64,000 bases of DNA from Candidatus Woesearchaeota archaeon (GTDB taxonomy: Archaea; Nanobdellota; Nanobdellia; Pacearchaeales; GW2011-AR1), in NCBI GenBank assembly GCA_964509675.1, contig CAZDXC010000002.1, positions 71,425 to 135,424 on the forward strand, read 5' to 3'. Each line of letters opens with the position of its first letter. The stretch's first letter is position 1. This document shows, one piece after another, positions 49,172 to 59,037 of the stretch. The position numbers and the translations under genes were made by a program. The notes under the pieces were generated by a model, which saw nothing but the letters and a program-made list of their open reading frames with translations, did no database searches and had not been told where the DNA came from.

Positions 49172-50032
49172 TTACTTAAATAAAAGCGGAGTAAAATATA
49201 CTTCTATTATTGCCGCGATTATTAAAATAAATAATGCAATAAATAGTAAAATTCCTACGTGTCTTAAAACCTTCATAAATTTTTTATCTGCAATTCCATG
49301 TCTTATGGCTCCTACACCAAACATTCCTCCTGCTAAAGCGGTCGTGAAATATGCCGCTATCTCTGGAAAACCATGGATCATATATCTCAATAAGCCAAGT
49401 GGGATTTCATGTATATTGTATCTAGTGAAAATTCCTATTGCTGCAGATATGACACTGGCGTTCCATGCCAAAACAAAAATGGCTCCTGCCCCAAAAATAA
49501 GAGAAAAAATTAATGTTAGTATCATAACTCCGAGATTGTTTCCAACTATCGACAAAAATCGTGCAATACCATTTGATGCACTTGAAGAAATTGTTCTGCT
49601 TGTGAGAGAATATTTGGCAATACAATCTTCTATACTTCCGGGGCTATTTATGCTGCAATAAGTTTCTATCTGTGCATTTAACAATTTTGGGTCCTGTAGA
49701 ATAACATTCCAAAAAGCAAAGGCAATGATAAAACCTAAGAAAAGCCATAAAAATGCATAAATTGCATCGCTGTGTGTTTTCCATACTGACAGAGCACCTT
49801 CTATTTGCTCATCTTCTTTTTCTTCCTGTTTGATTATAAAATACATAAAAGGAAGAGAAAACATAACACAAAATAAAACAACAATTAACCCGGAGAATTT
49901 TGACAGCACAGAATCTCCCTTAAAAATAAAATGCACCAATATAAGAGAAAGTGAAGCATACAAGAGTCCAATGAAAAACATTTTCCATGGTCCCCTTTCA
50001 GCCCTTTTTGGATTAATCATCGACTCTAACAT
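49172..50032 (-). CDS. SpoIIM/DUF95-like polytopic membrane protein
   Basis: ~6 TM helices with GFPEIAAYF segment resembling the stage-II-sporulation-M family. Weak. Confidence 0.35.
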   Translation of the reverse strand: MLESMINPKRAERGPWKMFFIGLLYASLSLILVHFIFKGDSVLSKFSGLIVVLFCVMFSLPFMYFIIKQEEKEDEQIEGALSVWKTHSDAIYAFLWLFLGFIIAFAFWNVILQDPKLLNAQIETYCSINSPGSIEDCIAKYSLTSRTISSSASNGIARFLSIVGNNLGVMILTLIFSLIFGAGAIFVLAWNASVISAAIGIFTRYNIHEIPLGLLRYMIHGFPEIAAYFTTALAGGMFGVGAIRHGIADKKFMKVLRHVGILLFIALFILIIAAIIEVYFTPLLFK

Positions 50033-50088
50033 TCAGTATAAAGAAAAAGAGATTTTTTAAACTTTCATATTCTATTTTTTATAATAAG

Positions 50089-50913
50089 ATGATACAAAAA
50101 AAAAGAGAAAAATTTGATAAAATTGCGAGAGATATAAAAAATGTTAAAATTCAGGGAGCAAGAAATATCGCAAGAGCTGCCCTTTGTGCTTATTCGCTTA
50201 TGCCAACGAAAACTTCAGCAAAAAAACTTTTGTCTCTTCGTCCTACAGAACCCATGCTAAAAAATGTTTTGATTTTAGCGGAAAAAAAACCTTATACTGA
50301 AATCCTGGAACATTTTGATTCTGCTCAAAACAAAATAAACAAATACATTTTAAAATTGATAAAGAATAATGATGTTATCTTTACTCACTGTCATTCAACA
50401 AATGTTTCTAATGCCTTAATATATGCTAAAAAGAAAGGAAAAAAATTTCAGGTTTATAATACAGAAACTCGTCCATTATTTCAAGGAAGAAAAACAGCAA
50501 AAGAACTTTCAAAGGCGAAAATAAAAGTAACTATGTTCGTTGATTCTGCTATTGAAGATATTTTGACAGGAGAGGGAAAATTAAAAAAGGTAGATAAAGT
50601 TTTTTTGGGGGCAGATGCTTTGCTTAACAACGGAATCATAAATAAAATAGGTAGTGAGTTAGTGGCAAGAATTGCAAAAGACGAGAGGATTCCTTTTTAT
50701 ATAGTAGCAGACTCATGGAAATTCACAAAAAGCAAGGTTTCTATAGAAAACAGAAATTTGAATGAAATATGGAATAATGCTCCTAAAAATGTAAAAATAA
50801 AAAATCCCGCCTTTGAGTTTGTAAGAAAAAAATATATTATGGGAATTGTGACTGAATTTGGCCTAATGAAATATGATAAGTTTTTAAGAAAAATGAAGAA
50901 TTATTCTTTATGA
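50089..50913 (+). CDS. aIF-2B alpha/beta/delta-family protein (translation initiation factor 2B-like / ribose-1,5-bisphosphate isomerase family)
   Basis: IQGARNIARAAL, THCHSTNV, YNTETRP..QG and GADALLNNGIINKIGS family motifs. Confidence 0.75.
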   Translation: MIQKKREKFDKIARDIKNVKIQGARNIARAALCAYSLMPTKTSAKKLLSLRPTEPMLKNVLILAEKKPYTEILEHFDSAQNKINKYILKLIKNNDVIFTHCHSTNVSNALIYAKKKGKKFQVYNTETRPLFQGRKTAKELSKAKIKVTMFVDSAIEDILTGEGKLKKVDKVFLGADALLNNGIINKIGSELVARIAKDERIPFYIVADSWKFTKSKVSIENRNLNEIWNNAPKNVKIKNPAFEFVRKKYIMGIVTEFGLMKYDKFLRKMKNYSL

Positions 50914-51317
50914 TTTGGGGGATTTTCTTTTTTCTGAATCTCCTCCATCATTGCTGTTAATTCTTTTCCGACTTCCTCTAAATTATCTTCTAATTCTTTT
51001 TTAATCTGCTCCAATTTTTTAATCTGTTCTTCAATGAGTTCCTTAGTTTCAGGAATGCTTTTTTTTACAAAATTGCCATTTCCAATATCAACATTTAATT
51101 TCTTGGATGTTATTTTTCCTTTTATAAAAATTCCTTTTCCGACAGAAGCAAATATTTCTTTGTCTTTTGAATTGACAAGTTCATCCAGTCCGAAATTTAT
51201 AGAATCAAGCTCAATTATCCCTTTCTCAACTGCCCTTATCTGTTCTTGAAGTTCCTGAATTTGCTTTTCAAAAATACTAAATTTAAAAAACAATTCCTGC
51301 TCCTGTTCTTCTGTCAT
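50901..51317 (-). CDS. pfdA: Prefoldin alpha subunit
   Basis: 138 aa coiled-coil / beta-hairpin / coiled-coil organisation. IFASVGKGIFIKGKI hairpin region. Confidence 0.65.
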   Translation of the reverse strand: MTEEQEQELFFKFSIFEKQIQELQEQIRAVEKGIIELDSINFGLDELVNSKDKEIFASVGKGIFIKGKITSKKLNVDIGNGNFVKKSIPETKELIEEQIKKLEQIKKELEDNLEEVGKELTAMMEEIQKKENPPNHKE

Positions 51318-51329
51318 AGGAATATATTC

Positions 51330-51881
51330 TTATACTACTTTTAAAACTTTTCTTAAAATACTACTAAGTATCATTGTAAAAATAAGATAAAACCAAAACC
51401 AGCTAAGAAATCCAAAAAATTTTGGCTGTCCGAGAGCAGCAAAAGTATCATAGAACCACCTGAAGAATAAAATAAAAGGGATTCCTGTAAATAAGACACT
51501 CCTGCTTGTTAGTTTGAATGTACGTGGAATAAATTCCAGTTGTTTTTTTGACAATTCAGCCATTTTTTCTGGATGGTCTCTGAATTTTTTCATTTCTTCC
51601 TGAAGAATTTTCTGCTCTTTTTTCAATTCCCTTAATGCTTTTTGGTCTGTGGCATATTTTTGGATAATTGTTGTTATCAATGTGATAATAAAGACAACCA
51701 AGAGCATCCCCAAAGTTAGATTCCAGTTTAATAAAGCTCCGGCACTTGGATCTAAAACACTATGCACTGCATTTTTAATGAATGGAACTCTATCCCAAAA
51801 AATTGCCATTGCCAAGGAGACAATCATTACGAAAATAATCGGAAAAAAACTTCCTTGCTTATTCATTTCAATAGTAAACAA
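51330..51881 (-). CDS. Archaeal DUF106 (YidC/Oxa1/EMC3-like) membrane protein
   Basis: 3 TM helices with coiled-coil between TM1 and TM2. Conserved position downstream of secY in archaea. Confidence 0.6.
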   Translation of the reverse strand: MFTIEMNKQGSFFPIIFVMIVSLAMAIFWDRVPFIKNAVHSVLDPSAGALLNWNLTLGMLLVVFIITLITTIIQKYATDQKALRELKKEQKILQEEMKKFRDHPEKMAELSKKQLEFIPRTFKLTSRSVLFTGIPFILFFRWFYDTFAALGQPKFFGFLSWFWFYLIFTMILSSILRKVLKVV

Positions 51882-51908
51882 ATTTAGTTTTTAAAATTTA
51901 GGTTTAAT

Positions 51909-53348
51909 TTACGAAGACATGAATTTTCTGAGTGCAGGATTCATATCTGTTTGATGCTGTTGAGCAATGCTCTGATAAAACTGGAAAAATATCATTATTA
52001 CAAGCAATATTGCTGTTCCTGATATTAATGCTCCCATAAGATTTGTTACAGAAGCCAAAAAACCAATCGCCATTCCTCCCATAACTGTTAAAGGCATTAT
52101 ATATCTTTCGAGTATGCTTTCCAGAACTCTTTCATCCTGTCTGAAACCTGCTATCTGCAATCCAGAAGAAGCAATTTTATGTGCCTGCGTTTTTGCATCC
52201 ATTCCAGATGTCTTAACCCAAAAAATTGCAAATATTGTGGACAAAATAACATAAATGAGGGTGTGTGTCAGTCCCTGAAGAAGATACCTCGGTAGAAAGC
52301 CCCCTCTTATTGTTAATTCAAGAAGATTTGTAGAGCCCATCCAAAATGCCAAACCAGAAACTGGTTGTCCTTCTACAAAATGTCCTAAAAATCCAAAATG
52401 AGAAGCAAATTTTGCAAGCCCTGTGCATGTTCCTCCTTCTATGAGGCATGGAGCAGCAGCATTTTCAAGTATTCCTCCAAATACCTGAAAACTCACAATG
52501 AGAGCAGCAGTTAAAATAACCGGAATTACAGAAGCATAGAAAAAAGACAATGGCCATTTCACACTATATCCTCTTAATTTTCCATATGCCAACGGGACTT
52601 CCACCTTAAGGGATTGTGTCCAGACTATAATTAAAAAAATCAATACTGTCACAATAATTGCTCCTGCTGCAGAAAGCAACTCTGTAGGATATTTGTTAAT
52701 TATTGCCTGTATTAATACAAAGACTTTTCCCGGACATGCAGTATTTCCAAAATCAAACAGACAATTTTTTCCCTGTTGATTTATGAATTGGAATGCACTC
52801 GTTATTAATCTCCAGGATGCTCCTGCGCCTATAAATAAACTGATCCCAGAACCAAATCCCCATTTGCTTGTCAAATCATCCATATAATAAATCGCTAATC
52901 CTCCTAATACTAATTGAAAAATCAGCAAAGGAGCTAATCCGGGAGCAGCTTGCAATCCCTGCATCAAAACATAAATTACTGCTTCAAGTATTATGAAAAA
53001 GAAAGTCAGAATTCTCTGAATTCCCTGAAAGAATTTTCTGCCTTCAGTAGTCGTGGTATCTATGTTTAAGATTCCGCTTCCTGTTAATAATTGCAAAATA
53101 ACAGAAGCCATTACAATAGGACCAATCCCAAGAGAGATAATGCTTCCAAAATCAGTTCCAAGAATTATAGCTAAATATTTAAACCTGTCAAGAGCATTAT
53201 TTGACAAGCCAAAAAGAGGAATATTTGTCAAAATAAAAAAGGCTACCAAAACTATTAGTGTCCATTTTAATTTTATATTAAAACTTAATTTTTTTTCTTC
53301 AGGACTCTTTACTTCAGGGATAAACTGAAATATTTTTCTAAAATCCAT
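51909..53348 (-). CDS. secY: Preprotein translocase subunit SecY
   Basis: 479 aa, 10 TM. Follows uL15 as in all archaea and bacteria. Confidence 0.95.
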   Translation of the reverse strand: MDFRKIFQFIPEVKSPEEKKLSFNIKLKWTLIVLVAFFILTNIPLFGLSNNALDRFKYLAIILGTDFGSIISLGIGPIVMASVILQLLTGSGILNIDTTTTEGRKFFQGIQRILTFFFIILEAVIYVLMQGLQAAPGLAPLLIFQLVLGGLAIYYMDDLTSKWGFGSGISLFIGAGASWRLITSAFQFINQQGKNCLFDFGNTACPGKVFVLIQAIINKYPTELLSAAGAIIVTVLIFLIIVWTQSLKVEVPLAYGKLRGYSVKWPLSFFYASVIPVILTAALIVSFQVFGGILENAAAPCLIEGGTCTGLAKFASHFGFLGHFVEGQPVSGLAFWMGSTNLLELTIRGGFLPRYLLQGLTHTLIYVILSTIFAIFWVKTSGMDAKTQAHKIASSGLQIAGFRQDERVLESILERYIMPLTVMGGMAIGFLASVTNLMGALISGTAILLVIMIFFQFYQSIAQQHQTDMNPALRKFMSS

Positions 53349-53380
53349 TATGCAAAATCTCCTCTCCTTTTTCAGTGTTT

Positions 53381-53403
53381 TGCGATGCGTATGCGTAATC
53401 GCA
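53381..53403 (-). promoter_or_regulatory. GC-rich hairpin in the secY leader (6-bp stem tgcgat/atcgca, 11-nt loop containing tandem atgcgt-atgcgt)
   Basis: Read directly in the 113-nt uL15-secY intergenic spacer. Markedly GC-rich for this genome. Confidence 0.3.
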
Positions 53404-53461
53404 TTTTGTATTTACAAGTTCATAAGAACTGAGGACTTTGAAAAATTTCCTGTTTTTCATA

Positions 53462-53917
53462 TTATTTTAACTGAATTTCTCCACCCCTCTTTTTTACTTT
53501 CTCTATTGCAGACTTTGAAGCTTTATTTGCTCTTATAATTAGCTTGTTTTTCACTTCCCCTGTTCCCAATATTTTATAACTCTTCAAATTAATTTCCCAT
53601 TTGTCACCCTGCTTTTTTCCATAACTTTCCAGATTATTTTCTATTGTTTCTAGATTGATTTTTTTCTCCTGATTTTTTTCTGTTTTTTTGCTTGTTATTC
53701 CCTGCTTTCCAAAATATTTATTTCCGTAGAGTTTTGTAATAAGAGTTTTTTTCTGGTCTGCCCTTTTTCCTGTTCCAGACATTCCTTTTCCTCCTCTGTG
53801 TCCTTTTTTCTTGTGCTTTTTTCTTTCACCCCAACCATGGCTTCCTCTGCCTCTTCCATTCATTCTTGAAGATTTTTTTCTTTTGTGAGTTTTTATCATC
53901 TTATAACATCCTTTCAA
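53462..53917 (-). CDS. rpl15: 50S ribosomal protein uL15
   Basis: Gly/Lys-rich N-terminus (GRGRGSHGWG...GHRGGKG). Position between uL30 and secY. Confidence 0.85.
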   Translation of the reverse strand: MKGCYKMIKTHKRKKSSRMNGRGRGSHGWGERKKHKKKGHRGGKGMSGTGKRADQKKTLITKLYGNKYFGKQGITSKKTEKNQEKKINLETIENNLESYGKKQGDKWEINLKSYKILGTGEVKNKLIIRANKASKSAIEKVKKRGGEIQLK

Positions 53918-54254
53918 TTAAATCATTTATTTTATTTTTATTGTCTCCCAGGACTCCCTTTCCTGTTCCAAAATTTTTTTTGCTTTCAATTCCTCCTCTT
54001 GGAGGATGTAACCTGAAATATTTTTTTGATTTTGAGAATTTCTCTCTCGCTTCAACTAATTTTTTAAATGTTTCCTGATTTATCTCTCCGAATGCAACAA
54101 AATTTTTTACTTTTTCTATCATTCCTGACTCTTCTGATTTTGGATTTTCCAAAATAACGCATGAATATTTTTTCTTTACCCCGAGTCTCTTTAGAGTTTC
54201 TTCTATCTCTTTCCTTATCTTAACTTTTCCTTTTATTCTGATAACTGCTATCAT
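53901..54254 (-). CDS. rpl30: 50S ribosomal protein uL30
   Basis: MIAVIRIKGKV start. Position. Confidence 0.85.
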   Translation of the reverse strand: MIAVIRIKGKVKIRKEIEETLKRLGVKKKYSCVILENPKSEESGMIEKVKNFVAFGEINQETFKKLVEAREKFSKSKKYFRLHPPRGGIESKKNFGTGKGVLGDNKNKINDLIERML

Positions 54255-54256
54255 CT

Positions 54257-55024
54257 TTAATCTCCTTTCTGATTTGTTTTTTTCAGTGCATCAATACAAG
54301 CCTTAATTAAATTAAAAGTTGTCCTTTTTTTTCCGAATGTCTTGCTATAAATGTCTTTTATTCCTGCTAATTTTAATATCTTCTTTAATTCACTCGCAAC
54401 TACAAGTCCAGTTCCTTGAGGTGCAGGAACCAAAATGATTCTTACGCTTCCTGATTTTCCTTCTACTCTGAATGGAATGCTGTGGGGTTCATCACATGCA
54501 CAATCAAAACTGGCGCAACCTCTTGTTACTTTTATGATATTTAACTTTGCTTTTCTTATTGCCTTGTCTCTTGCAGGCAAGGTTTCTTTTGCTCTTCCCA
54601 TACCAATCCCAACATGCCCGTTTTCATCTCCAACAACAGCAAGAGTCGAAAAGGTGGGGATATTTCCTTCTTTTGTTTTTCTTTGTGTTTGTTTCCATGC
54701 ACGCCTTTTTCCTCCACCAAATTTTCCTTTTGATTGTCCTATTGAGATTAAATCAGATTTAATATCCAATAAAGCATCAACAATTTGCTCTTCAAGAATT
54801 TTCTTTCCAGAATCAAGTATTTCATCTATATCTTTTATTTTTTTTGCCTTTACTTCTTTTCCAAGGTTTGTCTTTGGTTTCCACGAAGCAATTTCAGTAT
54901 CTTTTTCTTTTTCTTTTTCAGTTCTTTCATCAACTTCTAATTCCTTGTCCATTTCTTTCTCAAGCAATTCTTCACTGATTTCCTCAGCAGTTCTTTCTTC
55001 ATTCTTTTTTTCTTTTTCAGTCAT
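54257..55024 (-). CDS. rps5: 30S ribosomal protein uS5 (with N-terminal Glu/Lys-rich extension)
   Basis: GGGKRRAW...FSTLAVVGDENGHVGIGMGRAKE core. Confidence 0.9.
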   Translation of the reverse strand: MTEKEKKNEERTAEEISEELLEKEMDKELEVDERTEKEKEKDTEIASWKPKTNLGKEVKAKKIKDIDEILDSGKKILEEQIVDALLDIKSDLISIGQSKGKFGGGKRRAWKQTQRKTKEGNIPTFSTLAVVGDENGHVGIGMGRAKETLPARDKAIRKAKLNIIKVTRGCASFDCACDEPHSIPFRVEGKSGSVRIILVPAPQGTGLVVASELKKILKLAGIKDIYSKTFGKKRTTFNLIKACIDALKKTNQKGD

Positions 55025-55518
55025 TTTTTGTTTTCTATATTTGATTTAATTTCTTTGAATTTATTTGAAAAATCTTCTTTCATATTTTTTCCGGTTATTC
55101 TTTCTTCTTCTGGAAATTGCTTCTCATTGTATTTTATCTTAATACCTGCATCACCAACGCCTCTTAAGAAAGCATATCCTTTATTTTTATCCAAAACTCT
55201 CATCATTCCAAAATCAATAATTGGGGTTTCCAATTTCTTTTTAATTATCTCTTTTCCGATAAGCAGTCCTGTCAAATATGCAGCAGCAATAGATTTCAAA
55301 CTTCCTTCAAATGTTTCAGGCCATCCAAACTCTTTTAATTTTTTAGAAGTTAATCCTATTTCAACTTTGTCCTGCGCTTCTTTACTTATTATATATTGAG
55401 CAATTAGGTACTTGTTTGTTTTTCTAAAAACCAACCTTGGAGAGTTAGATTTCAGCAATTTCAGTCTTTTTCCATAATCTGTTTTTCTTTCTAGTTTTCT
55501 TTTCTTTGGAATTTTCAT
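55021..55518 (-). CDS. rpl18: 50S ribosomal protein uL18
   Basis: PRLVFRKTNKYLIAQ motif. Position. Confidence 0.85.
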   Translation of the reverse strand: MKIPKKRKLERKTDYGKRLKLLKSNSPRLVFRKTNKYLIAQYIISKEAQDKVEIGLTSKKLKEFGWPETFEGSLKSIAAAYLTGLLIGKEIIKKKLETPIIDFGMMRVLDKNKGYAFLRGVGDAGIKIKYNEKQFPEEERITGKNMKEDFSNKFKEIKSNIENKK

Positions 55519-55910
55519 TTTTTCCCTCCAAGATGTTCTTTAAGATGAGATTTACTTCTAAAAAATTTGTTTCTTATTTTTTTTCTTATATCTTTTCTTT
55601 CTTTTATGGTCAATTTTTCTTTGTTTTGTGCAAGGTGCTTTCTTAATTTTTTTGTAAGTGCTACATAATCTTTTTTTCTTCTATTGACTTTTTTTCTGAC
55701 ATTTCCTATTGTTCTTCTTTTCTTTTTCCTTGTTTTTCTTCTTCCCTTGATACTTTTTATCATTATGGCACCATCTTTATGTAAATCCCTTATATCTTGT
55801 TTTGTAATTGCTTCTTTTATCTCATCCAGCCTGGGCTCAAGAAACTCAATCCTTGATATTCCTACTTCAAAAGTTTTTGCTGCCAATGCCTTTTTCTTTC
55901 TTAGATTCAT
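55515..55910 (-). CDS. rpl19e: 50S ribosomal protein eL19
   Basis: MNLRKKKALAAKTFEVGISRI start. Confidence 0.85.
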   Translation of the reverse strand: MNLRKKKALAAKTFEVGISRIEFLEPRLDEIKEAITKQDIRDLHKDGAIMIKSIKGRRKTRKKKRRTIGNVRKKVNRRKKDYVALTKKLRKHLAQNKEKLTIKERKDIRKKIRNKFFRSKSHLKEHLGGKK

Positions 55911-56317
55911 TTCTTTTTCTCCTGATTTTTTTCTGCTTTCATTTCTTTTATTTTTATTTTCTTTAGCATTTTGTTTATGTTTATATTATGAACAGCAATT
56001 CCTTTTTCTTTTGCCTTTTTTGCTATTTCTGTTTTTTTTCTTTTTCCAATCTTTCCGAGAATCGCAATTTCTCCTTTTTGGATTTTTTCAAACTCTTTTA
56101 AATTATTGACTAATACAGGTTTTTTCTCTTTTATCTTGTTTCTTTTTTTCTTTTCTTGCTTAAATCCTACCATTACTTTAACAGGATAGCCTTTTCTTTT
56201 CTCTCTTGTTTTACTATGTCTTCCCTTTGGAGCCCTCCATGTTTGTTTTTTCTTTCTCTTTTTTCCTAGCCTTGAATATTTGTTCCAGTTTCTTCTTATG
56301 AATTTTGTTTTTTTCAT
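55907..56317 (-). CDS. rpl32e: 50S ribosomal protein eL32 (Lys-rich C-terminal tail)
   Basis: RRNWNKYSRLGKKRKKKQTWRAPKGRHSK core. Confidence 0.85.
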   Translation of the reverse strand: MKKTKFIRRNWNKYSRLGKKRKKKQTWRAPKGRHSKTREKRKGYPVKVMVGFKQEKKKRNKIKEKKPVLVNNLKEFEKIQKGEIAILGKIGKRKKTEIAKKAKEKGIAVHNININKMLKKIKIKEMKAEKNQEKKK

Positions 56318-56856
56318 ATTTCTTTTCCTGCTTTATTTATCATGAAAATTCCATCCTGGAACACTCTTCTGTCCCTATTAGATATTCTTGTTACATTTTC
56401 AAAATTTGCAGCAGCCTGTCCTGCCTTTTCTATATCAGAAGAAGTTACTGTTATGATATCTTTATCTACCTTTACTTCTGCTCCTTCAGGAATTTTTACC
56501 TTTCTTGGGGTTCTCTCTCCTAAAAAATTCTTTATTAGTGCTTCATTTCCTTTAATCTCAACACTAATGGGAAAATGACTGAAACATATTTTTAATTTAT
56601 ATTCGAAATTTTCTTTAGCTCCTTTTATCATATTTCTAATATGTGCTGTTATAGTGTTCATTTTTCTTTTTTCTTTTTTTGAAGATTTTTTATTTCCGAT
56701 TATTATTTCTTTTCCCTTTTTCTCTAAGGTTAAATTGGATATATCAAATTCTCTTTCATTTGTTTTTTCTTTTCCTTTTACAATTACTTTAGCTCCGTCT
56801 ATTTCTATGTCTATTCCTTCTGGGATCCCAATTTTTTGAAATAATTCTTTATGCAT
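56314..56856 (-). CDS. rpl6: 50S ribosomal protein uL6
   Basis: Two-domain uL6 pattern (IPEGIDIEIDG...). Position. Confidence 0.85.
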   Translation of the reverse strand: MHKELFQKIGIPEGIDIEIDGAKVIVKGKEKTNEREFDISNLTLEKKGKEIIIGNKKSSKKEKRKMNTITAHIRNMIKGAKENFEYKLKICFSHFPISVEIKGNEALIKNFLGERTPRKVKIPEGAEVKVDKDIITVTSSDIEKAGQAAANFENVTRISNRDRRVFQDGIFMINKAGKEI

Positions 56857-56858
56857 TT

Positions 56859-57239
56859 TTAATAAAAGTAAGCAATAAGACTTCCTCCAATCTTTTCTTC
56901 ATGAGCCTCTTCATGCGTTACTAATCCTTTATTTGTTGATATGATCATAGTTCCAATTCCCCTTGCGGGAAGGTATCTTCTCTCATATTTTTCTATTTGA
57001 TTTTTTTTAACTGTGAACCTTGGTTTTATTGCCTTGCATTCAGAAAGTTCCCCCAGACTTATTTCTACACTTTTCTTTTTGGGGTTGATTTTGTATTTCT
57101 TTATAGCATTTTTTTGTTTCATTATTTTTAGAATCTCAATTAACAAATTTGACATTTTCATTATTTCTATTCTTTCCTTTCCTGCCTTCTTTGCATTCCT
57201 TATCATGTTCAATGCATCAGCAACAATATCCTGTGACAT
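56859..57239 (-). CDS. rps8: 30S ribosomal protein uS8
   Basis: DIVADALNMIRNA start. GSLIAYFY end. Confidence 0.9.
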   Translation of the reverse strand: MSQDIVADALNMIRNAKKAGKERIEIMKMSNLLIEILKIMKQKNAIKKYKINPKKKSVEISLGELSECKAIKPRFTVKKNQIEKYERRYLPARGIGTMIISTNKGLVTHEEAHEEKIGGSLIAYFY

Positions 57240-57240
57240 T

Positions 57241-57471
57241 TTAACTATATTTTTTAAAGCCGATTTCTTCTGCTACTTCTCTGAAACAGTGTCGGCATAA
57301 ATTTAATCCATAGGACTTGATATGTGCGCCAAACCTTCCACAACGTTCGCATTTTTTTGCGGCGATTCCCCCCTTTCTTTCTTTTGGTTTATTATGCTTC
57401 AGGAACCTTTCCATTTTTGCCGGTTTGTTTTTCAGTTGTTTTAATATTTTTTTCCAATCACTTGCTGTCAT
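57241..57471 (-). CDS. rps14: 30S ribosomal protein uS14 (type Z, zinc-binding)
   Basis: CERCGR...CRHCFRE CxxC-x12-CxxC. The true start may be the internal MERF. Confidence 0.8.
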   Translation of the reverse strand: MTASDWKKILKQLKNKPAKMERFLKHNKPKERKGGIAAKKCERCGRFGAHIKSYGLNLCRHCFREVAEEIGFKKYS

Positions 57472-57476
57472 TTTGC

Positions 57477-57974
57477 CTAAGAAAATTCTGTCTGAAAATT
57501 CTCCTCCATAAATTTAATTATTTCTTCTGATGTTATTTTTTGTCTCGCAGGAATTTTCCCTCTTTTTATTTTTTTTATTCTAGATCTTTTTCCTGCCCTT
57601 TTGAACACTACTGTAACATCCAAACCCATAATTCCTATATCTCTTTGGTATTCCATTCCAGGAATTTCAATATATTCTTTAATTCCAAAAGAAAAATTGT
57701 TTGTGCTTATCTGTTTTTTCCTTAATTTATTATCTATAACAACCAACATCCTTTTCAGAATTTCGTTGATGTTTTTTCTGATTGTGACCATTGCACCCAC
57801 TTCTAATCCTGGACGAACTCCGAAGGCAGGAATTCTTTTATGAGATTTCATCTTAGCTGGTTTTTTTCCTGTAATCAGTTTTAGCAATTTTACTCCCTTT
57901 TCCAATTGTTCCGCAGTTCCGCCTATGCTTAACACAATTTTTTCTATTTTTATCGCTTGCATTTTTTCTGCCAT
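57477..57974 (-). CDS. rpl5: 50S ribosomal protein uL5
   Basis: IEKIVLSIG start. GMDVTVVF region. Confidence 0.9.
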   Translation of the reverse strand: MAEKMQAIKIEKIVLSIGGTAEQLEKGVKLLKLITGKKPAKMKSHKRIPAFGVRPGLEVGAMVTIRKNINEILKRMLVVIDNKLRKKQISTNNFSFGIKEYIEIPGMEYQRDIGIMGLDVTVVFKRAGKRSRIKKIKRGKIPARQKITSEEIIKFMEENFQTEFS

Positions 57975-57975
57975 C

Positions 57976-58626
57976 TTATTCCACCACCATCAGTTGTTTT
58001 AACAAGATATTGATCTCTTTTTTGCCTATCTTAACTTTTGCAGTTTTTCCTTTTAAATCTAATTTTTCCATTTCTCCTCTCTTTCCTATATGTTTTCCTG
58101 CAAATATGATTACTTTTTCTTTTTCCTTTAAGGGAAGGCATTTTTCTATCTTTCTTTCCTTTAAATTAACAACAACAGAATCATTAATCTTGCATTTGAT
58201 CTCTGACAAAAAGTTTCTTCCGTCACTTAAATTTAACTGAGCTTTCTTTCCTTTTAATATTTTTTTATTGATTATTTTTACTATTTTTTTACTTGTTTCA
58301 CTTTCTTTTATTTCTTTAAGATAAAATTTTCCCTTTTCAGAGAGCTCCAATCTGTAATATTTTTTCAAGGGAATCATATTAATGGTGTCAAATAATAAAA
58401 TAGTATTTTTTTCATTTGTTATTGGTTTTTCATTTACCAATACATTTTTTGAATGGATTATTTTTTTTACTTCATTTCTGTTTTGGGCTATCTTTAACAT
58501 ATCCCTAAGTACAATCAGTGTTGGAACCCCTTCTCTTATGCTGAATTTTGGTTTAACTACATATTTTTTTCCTTTTCTTGCTATTGGCCAGTTCTTTGGC
58601 ATTGATTGTCTTTTTATGTGATTCAT
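57976..58626 (-). CDS. rps4e: 30S ribosomal protein eS4
   Basis: HIKRQSMPKNWPIARKGKKYVVKP N-terminus. Confidence 0.9.
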   Translation of the reverse strand: MNHIKRQSMPKNWPIARKGKKYVVKPKFSIREGVPTLIVLRDMLKIAQNRNEVKKIIHSKNVLVNEKPITNEKNTILLFDTINMIPLKKYYRLELSEKGKFYLKEIKESETSKKIVKIINKKILKGKKAQLNLSDGRNFLSEIKCKINDSVVVNLKERKIEKCLPLKEKEKVIIFAGKHIGKRGEMEKLDLKGKTAKVKIGKKEINILLKQLMVVE

Positions 58627-59036
58627 TTCTTTTTCTCCTGAGTTTTACTTTCTGTTTTTTTCTCTTTTTGAGCTTTAATCCTTTTTTTATCTTCTAAATC
58701 TAGTTCAATAATTTGTAGATTCGAAGGATGTATTTTCACGTTAACTTTGCTTCCGTCTTGTTTTTTTATCATAATTCCTTCTATCCTTATTTTTGAATTT
58801 TTTACATCTATGGATATTATTTTTCCCTGTTTTTTTCTGAATTTTCCTTTCATAATTTTAACAGTGTCTCCTTTTCTTGCAGGAATGTTTCTTCTGGTGT
58901 ATTTTTTTCTTAATTCTTTTGATAAATTTACACCCAATAATTTTCTTTTTATATGCAAAGGAGCATTTGCTAAGTATTTTCTCTGCCTACGTGGCTGAGA
59001 ACTTGCCTTCCAATGTTTGCTGAATTTTTGTTTCAT
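58623..59036 (-). CDS. rpl24: 50S ribosomal protein uL24 (KOW; Lys-rich C-tail)
   Basis: KGDTVKIMKGKFRKKQGKI KOW motif. Start placed at the internal Met directly after uL14. Confidence 0.85.
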   Translation of the reverse strand: MKQKFSKHWKASSQPRRQRKYLANAPLHIKRKLLGVNLSKELRKKYTRRNIPARKGDTVKIMKGKFRKKQGKIISIDVKNSKIRIEGIMIKKQDGSKVNVKIHPSNLQIIELDLEDKKRIKAQKEKKTESKTQEKKK

Positions 59037-59037
59037 T

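Noticed and set aside
54435-55049. 204-aa plus-strand ORF (and similar ones at 55028-55399, 55684-56109, 60495-61049, 61182-61646) antisense to ribosomal protein genes
   Set aside because: These are mirror-strand ORFs of Lys/Glu-rich genes and give Phe/Leu/Ser-rich low-complexity translations. They are fully embedded in well-supported ribosomal CDSs with no motifs. They are artefacts of AT-rich composition.
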